A stretch of DNA of 64,000 bases from Malacoraja senta (GCA_038087875.1 JAXLNO010002575.1:682001-746000), one strand, 5' to 3'. Shown: positions 11,546-25,982, numbered from the stretch's first letter. Made by a program: numbers and translations. Notes: generated by a model from the sequence alone, not told the origin.

Positions 11546-14163
11546 ACAAGAGGGAAATCCGGTCAGTTCAGGACCCAGTGGTCACAATCTGATGATCAGG
11601 CTTCAAGTTGAGATGAAGAGCGATTACTTCTCCCACAGAATGATGAAGGTGTGGAATGTTATACCACTGGAAGCAGTTGAACACAGATCATTGAATTTAT
11701 ACAAGGATTTATATGTTATTTGTATGGTCAAAGGATCAGAGAAATAAAAGGATCAAAGTATAAATTTTAGGTCACAATTGATCACATGGAATAATAGTTG
11801 AGGCACAAATGCCTGAATTCCTATTACTTTTATATTCTGCATTTCAACATTTTTGTATTTATCGTGGCCACATTTCCTCTGCATCAAAGAACATGATAAC
11901 TGGGATGCTCAAAAGGAACCGAGACCCTAGTGCCAATGCCTTTTTGCAGATGCATACATTGGTTTGGTGTTCACAAAGCGAGGACAAATCAGAAATAATT
12001 TTCTGAACACGCCATCCATTGCTATTTCAATGTGCTTACCCAAGATACAAAAAAATAATATTATATTAATCTATATTAAAAAATGTTTGGATAAAATAAA
12101 CAAAACACGGTCATCGAATGTCCCTGGGTAAGTCGTCCACCCCCTGCCCTCCACCCCTTTGAGAAGTGGATGAAGGGAGATATTAAAATACATAAAGCAT
12201 TTAAATGAATCACTATGGTGAAAACATTTCCACCATAAAATCCAGCTGGGAATTCGACAGAGAATGCTCCCTCTCCTCCCCTCCCACCCAATACAGGTGA
12301 GAATGAGGATCCAGATCAATGAATTGCATTTAGGGGACGGCTGGGCAAACACAAAAGAGAAAAGAATAGTCGGTTCTACATTGGAGAATCCAGCATAGAC
12401 TTGCCAACCATGTTGCAGATCGCATAAGGTGGGAAGAGGGTCATGTGGACTATATGCAGCAGTATTGGCAGGATAGGCAGAGTGGCCTGTTCCTACACAC
12501 TTGTCTCCACTACAACCTTGTATTACTTTGACTGCCAATTCATTTTTGATCATTTTGTTCCCATTCATTCTTTAAAAAATACAAAATCAACTTTGGCGTA
12601 AGATAACTGTGATTGATGCTGTTGCAAATAAATGGAGCCCTTACATTTTCTTAACAACAATTTAATTTTGCGCCTTGCATATTATATCTTTCATATTATA
12701 TCTTGCATATTCCATATATCTTGCCTTTACTTCGCAACATGAAGCCACTATAAAACAGGGTGCAATCCAATGTGTTTACTTGGATTTCATGCCAATCTAT
12801 TTCCAAAAATCTTATACTCAATGGTCTATTCATCAAGCACATTCTACAGGCAACTATTATTAGGTGAAATCTCAAGAGCAGAACTTGTACCAAATGAGCC
12901 ACATAAAATGAACTTGATCACTGTACCACCAATCACCGTGGAAAATTGTATATTCTTATGGATGATAAATTCTCTGCATTAGATTAGAAATGTACAAAGT
13001 ACAAACAATCAAGACTTTTGACATCATCAAATAACCAAGCGTTATGTAACAACATTTATTGGTGCTGTGTCTCAGACTAAATGCAGTGTTAAAACAAAAT
13101 ATATTCTATCCAATAATGACTGTAGCTAATGGAATCTGCAACTAAAAACAGAAGACTGAAAGCATTCAATGGCTCAAGCAAATTATTGGGACAAATGGTT
13201 GATGTCACAAATATGGTAAAGAACCTGCACCAGGCCTGTTAGGGAAGAGGATGAATTGCCAATATATAGCAATCAGGGAGGAATAGGACAGAGGCTGGTA
13301 GATCAAACGTAGAACCAGGTGGGGAGAGGATAATGGGTAGATGGAAACGGGTAGGAGAGGAGGAGGAAGAGGTGAACAACAGGAGAATAAACTGTTCGAT
13401 TGAGACAGAGGTTCACTTGCACCTCTTTCAACTTTCTATACTGCAATCATTGCTCACACTGTGGAGAAACTAGCTTAGATGTCAACCATTTTGTAGAGCA
13501 CATCCCTTTGAAGTAAAGATCATCCTGAGATCTGTTGTATGGTATTTTAATACCCCTTCCCACTCTCACACTGATCCATCTGTCGTTAACCTTGGGCACA
13601 GAAAGTTTAAAGTAAAATATCTGATAATCCACCTGGGTAACTTATAAGCCGATCGTATGAATATAAAGTTTTCACATTTCAGCTTATCCATACCACTGGT
13701 GTTCATTTGTTCTCCCACAACCACCCCTACACCAACTTTGCTCCATCTGCCCATCATCCCCTCCCCAGCTGATTCCACCTGCCACTTACCAGTCTCTGCC
13801 CCATTCCTCCTTCAAACTGTTAGAATCTTCCCATCCTCTCCTTCAATTCTAATGCAGTGCCTTGACTTGAAATGTTGGTATATGTCATTTGCCTCCACAG
13901 ATGCTGTTTGACCAAGTACTTCCACTGGCCTTTCTTTAGTCTAAAATTCTTGTTGGAAATAACCACACAGTCTTACTCTATCTATAATTGAAACCATTTA
14001 ATTGGTGCTTAGAGAGCTTTCTAAAATCATGAGGGCGATTGATCAGGATTTATTTTACCCAGGGTAGGGTAATCAAGAACCAGCAAAAACAGGTTTAAGC
14101 AGTGTTCAATGCTAATTTTTTAGGTGTCAGAGCTGTCAAACAGGGGCATTTCAGATTTTGCTT

Positions 14164-14183
14164 GGGGGGGGGGGGGGGGGGGG
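14164..14183. repeat. G20 homopolymer
   Basis: Direct reading. Confidence 0.95.
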
Positions 14184-15664
14184 CAAGCTCCCTAGAGGGT
14201 CAAACAAGATTATAGCCTATTACTACATCCCAGTGTATAGCTAGTACATTAAAACATATAATACTTAATTTAATTATGACAAAATATTGCACAGTTGCAC
14301 TCACTGATTATCATGAAATATAATTATGAAGCAAGTAAAGAAAAATACGGTTATCATGTATTTTTACAGAGGTGCCGGCAAGACACCGACTCGCCCTGGC
14401 TATCCTGCAGCTCTGGGCCTTCACACACACACTCTCACCCTCACACCCATTCACCTACACACACACCCACCCACTCACCCACCCACCAGAGTTCCAGGCT
14501 CAGCTCCAGGCCCACAACCACAAACGATGCACACATCACATGGTCTGTCTCTGCTGCATCATAGTGTTCCCCCCTCCTACAGGGAACCTCAGTAGTGATG
14601 GGTCTTCCCCTTACCCCTCTTTTAATCAGGTTACCCCGACCACACATCCGCTAGTTAAAATTCCACCCTGTTTATTTTTTCTTTAACAGAGGTGCCGGAT
14701 CGGTGCTCAGGTGAGCTCCGGCAGCACTGCACCCCTGGGTTTAAGGTGAGGAGGATGATTTAGTAGGAACCTGAGAGGCAACCTTTTCTACTAAGAGGTT
14801 ACTGGGTGTATGGAATGAGCTGCCAGCGAAGGCAGAATAACAACATTGAAAAGACACTTGGACAGGTACATGGATAGAACATGTTGAGAGGAAAGTGGGC
14901 CAAACGCTGGCAAATATGACTAACCTAAATGTAGCATCTTGTTCAGCTTGGAGCATTAGGCTGAACTACCTGCTTCCATGCTATATGGCTCTAGAACTCT
15001 TTGTTGGATGAACATAAACATGGCAAATGGAGTTTAATAATGGAAAATATGTGCTCACACTCTCTGGTAAGAGCAATTCAAAGGAAGCTATTATCTAAAT
15101 GGAGTGAGATTGCAAAGAGTGGAGTACAAGAGATTCAAGTGCTTAAAGTGCAACACAAAAAGCCAGCAGGTGGATGCAGCACACAACGCAGAAGGTGAGT
15201 AGCATATTGGCGTTCAAAGTAGGTTACTATTGTAATTATGGTACATGATGTTGTTAAGGACATATCAGGATCATTGTGTATAGTTTGGTTCTCAGATTTA
15301 AGAAAGGATCTATTAATATTGGACATCAGCTAGAAAAGATTTCTGGAATAAGCAAGTGTTGCCTAACCATGAATGGCTGAAATCACTGGTTCTGTGTCCC
15401 TTGGAGATGACAAGAAACAGAGTTAACCTTATGAATGTATTAAAGAGGCATGATGTGGTGGTGAATTGATGGATAATGCGTGGATATATTCTAAAAGACC
15501 AGGGAATTGTGTCTTATGTGGAATAAGCACAGTAAAGGAATTGAGGCCTCAGTCATATCAGTTGTTATCAACATAAATTGCTAGATAGCTCTAATTTGTA
15601 CAAATGTAGGGCAGTCTATTGAGAATTTCTGTCATGTTTGATAAACTTAATTTAACTCTTTCCA

Positions 15665-15670
15665 TTTATT
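15665..15670 (-). terminator. Candidate polyadenylation signal AATAAA of the class I gene
   Basis: TTTATT on the + strand, 52 nt downstream of the putative stop codon. Confidence 0.45.
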
Positions 15671-15721
15671 TCAGTTCCTGCATTGTAATCACATCCATGA
15701 AATCTTCTACTCAGCGATTGG

Positions 15722-15762
15722 TTAGCAGTGCACGTTCTGCTTTGGTTGAACATTTTGATAAT
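15722..15762 (-). CDS. Probable terminal cytoplasmic exon, coding part (D)YQNVQPKQNVHC*
   Basis: Strong acceptor tttaatttccctcctcag|AT; phase matches the TM donor; short open frame with a membrane-proximal Tyr; AATAAA about 50 nt after the stop. It lies 11 kb from the TM exon, so the link is inferred. Confidence 0.65.
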
Positions 15763-17010
15763 CTGAGGAGGGAAATTAAATATTAGACAACAAAGAAATG
15801 GCATAGCAGAGAACAGAACTCAGAAAGATGCAACTAGTTTATTCACTTTAACTGTTGATTCATCCCACATAACATCTTCCTTCCAGATATAAAGGCACAG
15901 CGCCAGACACCTGGGTTTGATCCTGACCACGGGTGATGTCTGTACGGAATTTGTACCTTCTCCCTGTGACTGCATAGGTTTTCTCCAGGTGCTCCAGTTT
16001 CCTCCCACATTCCAAAGACAGATGTGCAGGTTTGTAGGTTAATTGACTTGTGTCCCTAGCTTATGTGGGTGATCGTTGGTTGGTGCAGACTCAGTGGGGC
16101 CGAAGAGTCTGTTTCAATGCTCTCTCTCTAAACTAAACAAAAAACTCAATACTCCTTCAAATAGTTTCGTTCACACAAGTTCTATGTTATCTAACTTTTG
16201 CTTCCACACTAGGGTCAAATAACAGAGACCAATTAACGCATAAAACCTGGCATCTTTAGTATGTGTGTGAAAACTGGAGGACAGTGGAAACCCATGCGGT
16301 CATAGGGAATACATGCAAACTTCACACAGCCGACAACCGAGGTTAGGATTGAACTGATGTGTATGATGCACTGAGGCAGCAGCTCTATCAGCAGCGCCAC
16401 TCTGCCTCAGGTTGCGTCATGTTCAGCACAAACGTTGTTGGACAAAGGACCTGTTCCTCTATTACAGGGGCATTCCCATTCACCGTAAAATTCAGCGAAC
16501 TTAGCACCATTGGGTCACTGGAAATATTTCCTGCCTGACCATCAGATCCCTCCAGATCAGTCGGACAGACACCAGTTAGGCAGCATCTGCCTGCAAATGA
16601 TTCATGTCCCTCAAACCCCTGCATCTCCATGCACCCACGAAGGTGCACCCCAGACGCCACCATCCCTGGCAGTGCTTTCCAGGCACACACCACATAGTAT
16701 GTAATAAAAACTTGCCCTTTTTAAAAAACTGCAGCTTCTACCCTGCACTGAATATAATGCAATCATTTAAATGCCATAGTAGGCATTTAGTTAATTGGGA
16801 TAATTTTAGTCAATTGGGAGGTGTGATTGCAAATCTTGTACAATATCATAAACCAAGTAAAATGTGACAAAGTCAAAATGGCCAGGCACAAAGAACAGAA
16901 TAATCATGAACATCAATAACATGTCAATAACTAGACTCTCCTTGTGGCAGCATGCTGTAAGGTTGCAAACTCGTTTGCTCCCTTAACTTTTAACTTCCAC
17001 TGACCACTCT

Positions 17011-17575
17011 TTCAATCAATCAATCAATCAACCTTTATTGTCATCTTGCAAGCAACAGTTGTACAGTGCAAAATGAAAAGACGTTTCCCAGGGAATACCG
17101 GAGCATCGCACATGAAATTTAAAACATTTCACACATAATAATACTAAAAACAATCCAGTCCCTGATGGAACAGTATAAATAGTTAAAAAGTAGGTAAAAC
17201 AACAACGTTAAAATACAGTAAAACCAATCATAAACATGTCCGGGGCAGCTGATTTGAGTGGCCAGTGCCAGTTATTGAAGTGACCAGTGCCAGTTATTAA
17301 AGTGTCTGTGCCAAGCCGCAGAATCAGGTGACTGTGAGTACAGAGTGGCTGTTTAGCAGCCTCACAGCATATGGCAGGAAGCTGTTTAGCAGTCTTGTAG
17401 TCCGGGCTTTGATGCTGCGATATCTCTTGCCTGATGGCAGGAGATCCAGGTGTATGTGGAGGGGGTGCAGTTTGTCCTTAGCAATTCTCTGAGCTTTTTT
17501 CAGGCAGCGGCTCTGGAACAGTTCTTGTTCCGAGGGTAGGGAGACGCCAATGATGCTCTCTGCTCCCCTCACTAC
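17011..17575 (-). mobile_element. Rex1/Babar-type LINE 3' fragment
   Basis: RCLKKAQRIAKDKLHP...LLPSGKRYRSIKARTTRLLNSFLPYAVRLLN; (ATTG)n tail. Confidence 0.8.
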
Positions 17576-17671
17576 CCTTTCAATGTTACTGGTGACTATT
17601 TGACTTCAAGACACCGTCTAACTGTTCATAAAGTGTTGATAACACTTTTACACGCCTTAATCGTGAAAAGG

Positions 17672-18280
17672 ATGGAGACAAGAAGGAAAGGAGGATCCCC
17701 AAAGAAGGAACTGGGGAAAGCCACAACCACAGCTCCAGCTTCTGATTCCAGCATCATAGAAGCAATATTGAAAATGAACGATGAATTGAAAAATGAGCTG
17801 AAAAATGAAATGAAAACAAGATTTGGCAGTTTGGAAGAAATGGTGAAAGGAGTTTCGACCAAATTGAAGGAAGTCCAAGGAGAACTGTCTTTGTTACAAG
17901 ATGAACTTCGTGAACAAAAGGATCAAATTGATATCTTGCGCACCCTGGGACAGGAGAGAGATTTGAAGATTGAAAAATTGGAACGGAGAACGAATGAAAA
18001 CACTCGAGCACTTCAGCAATACAAGTCTAAATATATGGACTTAGAAAACAGAAGCCGTGGTTTGAATTGACGAATTGTTGGTTTGCCGGAAGGCCAAGAA
18101 GGAAATAACATTATAAAATATGCTTCTAAAATGATAAAGGAAACATTCAACATTGAGCACAATGAAAACCTTCCGTTCCTGGATAAGGCACACAGGATTG
18201 GGAAGAAATCCGGTAATAAACCGAGACACTTGATCATTCGGTTTCATTTTTTTCAAATGAAGGAGAATATTCTCCAGGTT
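17672..18280 (+). pseudogene. L1 ORF1p (coiled coil plus RRM), in-frame stop at 18068-18070, C-terminal part missing
   Basis: DLENRSRGLN*RIVGLPEG and LDKAHRIG...KPRHLIIRF motifs. Confidence 0.85.
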
Positions 18281-18699
18281 TTTCTTGTTTTTCATATTTT
18301 GACCTTGAATAATAATAAGCAGCATTCCATGCCAGTCTGTATTTTTTTCTTCTTCTCTCTCAAAGAGATAATAACGAATGTGTTATGACGTAGTGGTTAA
18401 ATAATATTATTTTTATGCTGAGCACTGTTACTGGGAGAGATGGGATTGGGGAGGGGATTAGGTAGTTTGCTGACTGTCTTTTGGTCAGTTTGGGGTTCTA
18501 CAGGGGTGGGAGGGGGGAAGGGGGAGGGGTCTTTTGTTCCCTATTTAATGATCTCCATTTGTGCAAATTCTGAACTACAAAATTGGCTGAAATGTCGTCA
18601 CTTCTGGCTCCGCCCTAGATTTTTCTTCTTCCAATATTATGAACCTTTTAGGCTTCAAGAAATTAACCCATTACATCCCACATGATTTTTACAAGCAAT

Positions 18700-21600
18700 A
18701 TGGATAAAGTTACTAATTTCCTTTCATGCAATGTGAATGGCTTGAACCATCCCATTAAGAGGATTTCTTTTTAAAGTTCTTCACAGACTAAATGCTCAGA
18801 TTATCTTTGTTCAGGAAACTCATGTAAGGCAAGATGACAAGTCACGATTTTTGAGGTTTTGGAGAGGACAGCAGTTTCATTCAAATTCACAGGCTAAGGT
18901 GAAAGGAGTCTCTATTTTTATTGACTCCTCAATTCCGTTTGTTCACCATGAAACAATTTCTGATCCATATGGCAGATTCTTGGTGATTACCAGTGTCCTT
19001 TATAGGCAAAATGTCACTATGGTTAATGTCTATGCACCAAATATTGATCACCCTGAGTTTTTTAAACAGTTAATTGCATCCTTTCCCAATTTAAATGAAC
19101 ACTTTTTAATAATGGATGGAGACTTCAATTGCTGTTTGAATCCCTCGATTGATAGGTCTACATCTGATCATGTGCTTCCAAATAAATCAGCTAATTTTAT
19201 TAATTCTTTTTTACTTGACTCGGGAATGTTAGAAATTTGGAGATTCTTACACGCAAACGACAAAGAATTTTCATTTTTCTCTCATGTATATCATAGTTAT
19301 TCTAGGATCGACTATTTTATACTAGATTCTCGGCAAGTTCCATCGGTCATTGCATGTGAGTATGATGCAATTGCTATTTCTGATCATGCACCAGTGAAAC
19401 TATTGATCAAACTACCTGATTCCAAGTTTAGTGCTAAACAATGGCGATTTAATGCTACTTTGCTTCAAGACTTAAACTTTATTAAGTTTATGAAAGATCA
19501 GATTGCTTTTTACTTCTTGACAAACTCTAATGAAGAGATATCCAATGGTATAGTTTGGGATGCTTTTAAGGCATATATTCGTGGACAAATTATTTCATAC
19601 TCCGCGGGATAAAAAAAACAAACACAAAAAGAAATACGCACATTGGCTGACGAGATTAAAGAAATTGATAAAAAATATTCAAAACTCCTAGTTTAGAGCT
19701 CTATAAGAATAGAGTTGAACTTCAATTGAGATATGATTTGTTATACGTATCACCGATTGAGAACCAGTTACTTAAAACCAAAAGTCAATTTTATATAAAT
19801 GGCGAAAAATCTGGTAAATTACTTGCTAATCAATTGAGGCAGTGTCGGCCAAACGTCAGATTACTAAAGTGAGTAAACGGGATGGTACAGTAACTGTAGA
19901 CCATGACGAAATTAATAAATCCTTTCAGGAATTTTATACCTCCCTATCCCAATCAGATTTTCCTACTGATTCCAATATAATGCATGAGTTTTTAAAGAAA
20001 CTGAACTTACCAAATTTACCATACAATGAGTCTCTGTTGTTAGATGAACCCATCACGGAAGAAGAAATACAGAAAGCAATTTTTTCAATGAATTCTGGTA
20101 AAGCTCCCAGTTTAGATGGGTTTACAGTATAATTTTTAAAGTATTTCTCAAATTTATTGTCTCCATGGCTATGCAAGGTATTTAAAGATGCCTTTTTAAG
20201 GAATAGATTACCACAATCTTTTTATGAAGCTTCTATTTCTTTAATTTAAAAAAAGATAAAGCCCTTACTGAAGTGACATCATATAGACCTATATCAATGT
20301 GAAATGTAGATTTGAAAATTAGTTCCTAAATATTACCTATGAGATTGGAAAAGATTTTACCGCAAATTATCTCCGAAGATCAGACAGGTTTTATTAAAAA
20401 TCGTTACTCATTCTTTAATGTTAGGAGACTAATAAATATTGTATATACAGCGTCTAATAAAACCCCAGAATGTGTCATCTCACTTGATGCCGAGAAGGCT
20501 ATTGATAGAGTAGAATGGAATACGTATTCAATATACTTGAAAAAGTTAAGATTGGTCCAAAATTTATCTCTTGGATCAAACTGCTATATCTTATACCTCA
20601 GGCTTCTGTATTTACTAATAATCAGAGATCCCCTTTTTTCAGGCTCTTTCAAGGTACGAGACAGGGCTGTCCCTTAAGTGCTTTACTATTTGATATTGCT
20701 TTGGAAACTTTAGCCACTGCTATTAGGCAATCCCCTAATATTTTTGGTATTGTCCGCGGGAATAAGACACATAAGCTATCTCTTTATGCAGATGATCTGT
20801 TATTATTTATTTCTAACCCTGAGAAATCTATTCCGGCAATAGTAGCATTACTTAATCAATTCAGTAGTTTTTCTGGTTATAAACTAAATCTTAGTAAGAG
20901 TGAGCTTTCCCATTAAATAATTTTGTTTCAACGGAAGATGATCCAGAACTAAATGTGTTTCAAAAGAAATTAATGGACTATGGGTTAATAACTGGAAAAA
21001 AGCTAATTCTAAAATTTTGGAAGAAGGCTCCAATACCAACTATAAATATGTGGATTTCAAATATGTTTGAAACATTACACCTAGAAGAGATAAGACTCCT
21101 CCTAGCAGGTAAACCAGATCACTTCCACCTGACGTGGTCTGCATTTATAGAATTATTACAAACATAGGGTGCAAAAGTACTTTAAAAAAATAAAAAATTG
21201 AGGTCAGGTAAGGGGGGATGATAGTTGAAGAGTTGGTATGTCCTATTTACGTGATGCTCAAAAAAAAAACATTTGTTTCTCTTTTTTTCTCTTTCTCTTT
21301 TCTTTTCTTAGGGCCTATTTCTTAACTCTTTTTCTTTTTGTTTTTAATTTCGCTCTTATAGGGTCTTCGTCCTTTTTTGTTGTTACATTTTCTACACTTT
21401 TCTACACTTGCACTTTTTCCTTCACTTTCTTCTTTCTTTCAATCTTTTCCTTTTCTAGTGTAAAAAAATAAATAAAGGGAGTACATTAATTGTAAGAAGA
21501 TATAAATGACGAGTATTAATGTATGTGGTTGTAATGTAATGTACTTCTAATAAATAAAAATTAAAAAAAATAATAATAATAATAATAATAATAATAATTT

Positions 21601-23081
21601 TGTTTCGAGTTATGGACAGTTTCCATTTAGATTGACTACCGAAAGTTTTACTTATTTAGGTATTAAGATCACCAAGAAACACAAGGATTTATTTAAAGTT
21701 AATTTTATTCCTTTAATTGACCATATTAAACATCAGTTCAATAAATGGTCACCAATGTCCTTATCCTTAATTGGCCGAATCAATGCTATTAAAATGTTCA
21801 TTTAACCTAAATTTCTGTATTTATTTCAGACGATACCAATTTTTATTGCCAAATCTTTCTTTGATATTATAGACTCTAAAATTTCTTCATATATATGGCA
21901 GAATAAAAATCCCAGACTAGGTAAAAAATACCTACAGAAATCAAAAAAAGTTGGTGGTTTGGCATTGCCGAACCTTAGACTCTACTATTGGGCAATCAAT
22001 GTTCATTATTTAACATTTTGGACAAAAGATTTAGAAGATACCCAATGCTATAATTGGCTTCTATTCTAGGGACCTCGTTACCTTTTACAATTACGAGATT
22101 GAATAAATATATGACGAACCCAATAATAAGACATACGTTCCGAATACGGTTTCAATTTCATAAGTTCTTTGGACTATCTGATTTTATCCAAATTTCTCTT
22201 CCAACCATCTAGTACTGATCAAGTTTTTTTGTTATGGAAGAGGAAGGGATTAGTAGCTTTTCGTGATTTGTTTTTGGAGTGTTGTTTTATGTCTTTCGAA
22301 CAACTCTCCAATAAATATAACTTACCTAATTCACACTTTTTTAGATATTTACAAATTAGACAAAAGGAACTACCTCTTTTTCCGCTACCACATCAACCCG
22401 AAATTTTGGATTTTTTTTTACAGTTGAACCCTTATCAGAAAGGATTAATAACGACTATTCATGAGTTGATTTTAAAATTACAAATAGATACATTTGATAA
22501 AATTAATAATGACTGGGAAAGAGAACTCCAAATGTCTATCTATAGAGAAATGGGAGAGGATCCTTCAATTAGTTAATACCTCTTCAATGTGTGCAAGACA
22601 CACTTTAATACAATTCAAGGTGGTTCACAGAGCTCATATGTCAAAAGATAAGTTAGCTCGTTTTTATGGTCATATAAATCCTACCTGTGACATATGTATC
22701 TCTGAAGTGGCATCACTGACCCATATGTTTTGCTCCTGCCCTCTTTTGGAAAAATATTGGGAAGACATTTTTGATACTATTTCGGTAGTCTTATGTATAG
22801 ATTTACAACCTCGTCCTATTACTGCAATTTTGGGGTTACCAATGTTAGATTCTATTCATTTGTCCCTCTCCGCCCATCGGTTGATTGCTTTTACCACATT
22901 AATTGCCAGAAGATTTATTTTCATTAAATGGAAAGATTCCAACCCTCCGACCACACTCCAGTGGTATTCTGAAACGATATCATGTTTAAATTTAGAAAAA
23001 ATCAGAAGTGACATTGTTGAACCCTTGGTTAAATTTGATAAGACTTGGGGAAAATTTATTGAACACTTTCATACAACATAA
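18700..23081 (+). pseudogene. L1 ORF2p (endonuclease, RT, Cys-rich tail) with many stops/frameshifts
   Basis: NVNGLN, VNVYAPN, GDFN, SRIDYF, SDH; EDQTGFIKNR, SLDAEKA, QGTRQGCPLS, LYADDLL; CDIC..LTHMFCSC. Confidence 0.92.
20930..21592 (+). mobile_element. 5'-truncated L1 of a second subfamily inserted into ORF2
   Basis: Encodes an ORF2 C-terminus (KKLILKFWKK...LHLEEIR...TWSAFIELLQT*), 3' UTR and (TAA)n tail; flanked by AATAATTTTGTTTC at 20916-20929 and 21593-21606. Confidence 0.85.
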
Positions 23082-23179
23082 ATTGTTCCCTCTTTAACCT
23101 TTATAAACATTATTTTACCTTCTTAGGGTGGAATGGACTTGACGACAAACAGACTTAAATTGTTGAATTTCTCAGTTCA

Positions 23180-23322
23180 NNNNNNNNNNNNNNNNNNNNN
23201 NNNNNNNNNNNNNNNNNNNNNNNNNNNNNNNNNNNNNNNNNNNNNNNNNNNNNNNNNNNNNNNNNNNNNNNNNNNNNNNNNNNNNNNNNNNNNNNNNNNN
23301 NNNNNNNNNNNNNNNNNNNNNN
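23180..23322. other. Assembly gap (143 N)
   Basis: Run of N inside the L1 3' UTR. Confidence 1.
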
Positions 23323-25982
23323 TTACATTCATGTTTCCTTTTAAAGATTTAACTATATTAACATAGAGACCGAGAGGTCTATATTCAATATGTATTTTGA
23401 CACTGGTCTCATATTAGTTTATACCTGTTATTAATGTGTTTAATCCTGATCCCTATGTATCAATACCATTGTTATGTTTATCATTATTCTTTTTGGTCTG
23501 TTTTTTATGTTTTATTTTTGTTTTTGTTTTTTGGAAAAAAAACACTAAAAAGATTTTAAAAGAAAGGTACTGAATAAAAAAGTTGGGATGTTCTGCTACA
23601 GTTGTACAAGATGTTGGTGAGGCCACATTTGGAGTATTGTGTTAAGTTTTGGTCACTCCACTATCGGAAGGATGTCATTAACAGGGCCTGTGATTCAGGG
23701 AGAGGCAGAGAATGCTTGGACTTTAGTCCTTGGCACGCAAGAGGCTGAGGGGTGATCTTATAGAAGTTTATAAAATCAAGGAGCATAGATAGATTGAATG
23801 CACAGAATCTTTTAACCAGCCTTATGTAATCAAGAACCAGAGGACTTAGGTTTAAGGTGAGAAGGAAACGAGTTACTCGGAACCAGAGGAAGTGGAAATA
23901 TGGAAGAACATTCCAGGGGAAGTAGTTGAGGCAGGTATTAAAAAACATTTTAGAACACACTTGGACAGGTACATACTGTAGATAGGAACGGTTCAGTGAG
24001 ATATGGGTAGTTTAAACATGGCATCTTGGTTGGCATGGCCAAGTTGAGGCAAAGGGCCCATTTCCATGCCATAAGACTCTATGGCTCCGTGGGCTTGAAA
24101 AGCCGATTCTTTTCTGTTTCACTGCTAAATGATAGTTAATCACCCTCAGTAATAGTGACCACAATGGCAGACCCATGACCACGACTGGTTTAGTGATAAT
24201 AAGCTAACCATTGCCTCAGTTCAAATGTGCACGTTGTTGATGTTCAATGACTAAATTGTTGCTGCATTCTTAGTTTTGGCAAGGTGAGAAATGGCTTGGT
24301 TCTGATCTGGGTGCTGGAGCTGTTAGACATCTTGATACCATGAAAGCAGAACCTCCGTTTCAGGAAATATACTTGCTGAATGGTGTCTCAGACCAGCAAT
24401 GCCGGGGAACATTGTATTTTGAAGAGGAAATATTACACAACCAAGGCCAAGTGCTCGAGAAAGCTGCACGTCTGTTATTTCAATGAAAACTCTGCTCTTC
24501 ATCCATCTTGTCATTTTGATCACCCAGTTTATTTTATAATATTGTACAACATTTGCAATCAATTCTCAGTTTGTGACATTTACAGCTGGCGTGAAGATGC
24601 ATCAGTCAATACCTTCTGTCCTCCAATTTAGTTTATTTAATAGAAAGATTGAAACATAAAAAAACAGGTGCAGGAATAGGCTATTAGGCCCTTTGAGCCA
24701 GCACCGGCTGATCATCCAAAATTAATACTCCGATCTGGCTTTTTCCCCATATCCCTTGACTCCCTTAGCCCTAAGAGCTAAATCTAACTCTCTCTTGAAA
24801 ACAGTGATACAGTGTGTAAACAGGCCATTTGTGCCACCAAATCCATACTGACCAGCAATCACCCTTTCATAATAGATTTCCCATCCACCCCTACACTATC
24901 AGGGTGACTTACCGAGGATGATTACCTGCACACCTGCTCATCTTTGGGATATGGGAGGAAACCGGAGCTCCCTGAGGAAGCCCACATAGTCACAAGAGAA
25001 TGTGCAAACTCCACGTAGAGAGTACCCGAGGTCCAGATTGAACCTGGGTCTCTGGCGTTGTGAGACAGCAGTTCTACCAGCTGCACTACCATGCTGCATT
25101 ACATACAAACTCTAAATCCTACACTGACTTTCCCTTCCACTTGTTATATTCAACACAATAACTCCTTTACACAGGAGGAAAGTGAACTGCAATTCATCAC
25201 CAGAATATATCTTACAACAGTGTGATCACAGGCAAGAAACCAATGATATAGATGACTGAATTTACACTAAAACCCTGATCATCCAGCTCTCTTGGGATTT
25301 GGGAAATGGTAGATTTTAAGGACTGCTGCATGTTACTCCAAACATACTTTAATTCAACTAATTGAAGCACTTGTTGAGCAAGTCAGTGGTTGAGGTGCAT
25401 CTGTACACTACTATCAGACTTAAGCGGAGGAATACCCATTGTAATTTGCCTGAAGAGTCTCGAACCAGATTGTCACCTATCCATGGTCTCCAGGGATGTT
25501 GCCTGACCTGCTGAGTTACTATAGCACTGTCCCTCACAGTCTTTCCCAATCTTATAAATCAAAAATAGTCAGCATCTTTCTACATCATAAAGAGTCATGG
25601 AAATATGCAGCATACAAACATGGCCTTTGTCCCACTAACCTGCACCAACCATTCATGTACACTAATCCTACATTTGTCCCACATTCTCATCAGCTCTCCC
25701 CACATTGTATCATGTACAATCTAGGGGACAACTAACCTACCAAACCATGTTTTGGGGATGTGGGAGGAAACCAGAGCACCTGGGGAAACCCACAGGAACA
25801 ACATGCAAACTCTACAGATACAACAGCCGATGTCGGTATTTAATTCAGGTCTCTGGCTCTGTGCTGTCCTGTTTCACATTGTAGTCCACCTGTCATGTTG
25901 TTGCTCATTCATTCGGCTTTCCACCTTGAACCATTTCTCCCACTACTCACATTCCCACTTAATTTGGAGTTTTCCAGCAACA

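Larger units (their letters stand above)
17600..23560 (+). mobile_element. Near full-length L1-clade LINE, decayed, with nested insertion and assembly gap
   Basis: ORF1-like, APE endonuclease, RT and C-terminal Cys-rich regions are collinear; T-rich 3' UTR ends in an A-rich tail near 23560. Confidence 0.9.

Noticed and set aside
11225-11611. ORFs over the TA/CA microsatellite, and the Phe/Leu-rich ORF at 21238-21471
   Set aside because: Low-complexity translation artefacts of a microsatellite and a T-rich L1 3' UTR.
9360-13100. Relatively repeat-poor sequence that might hold exons or the 3' UTR of a neighbouring gene
   Set aside because: No splice-bounded segment with recognisable protein similarity was found by eye; a spliced alignment with RNA-seq would be needed.
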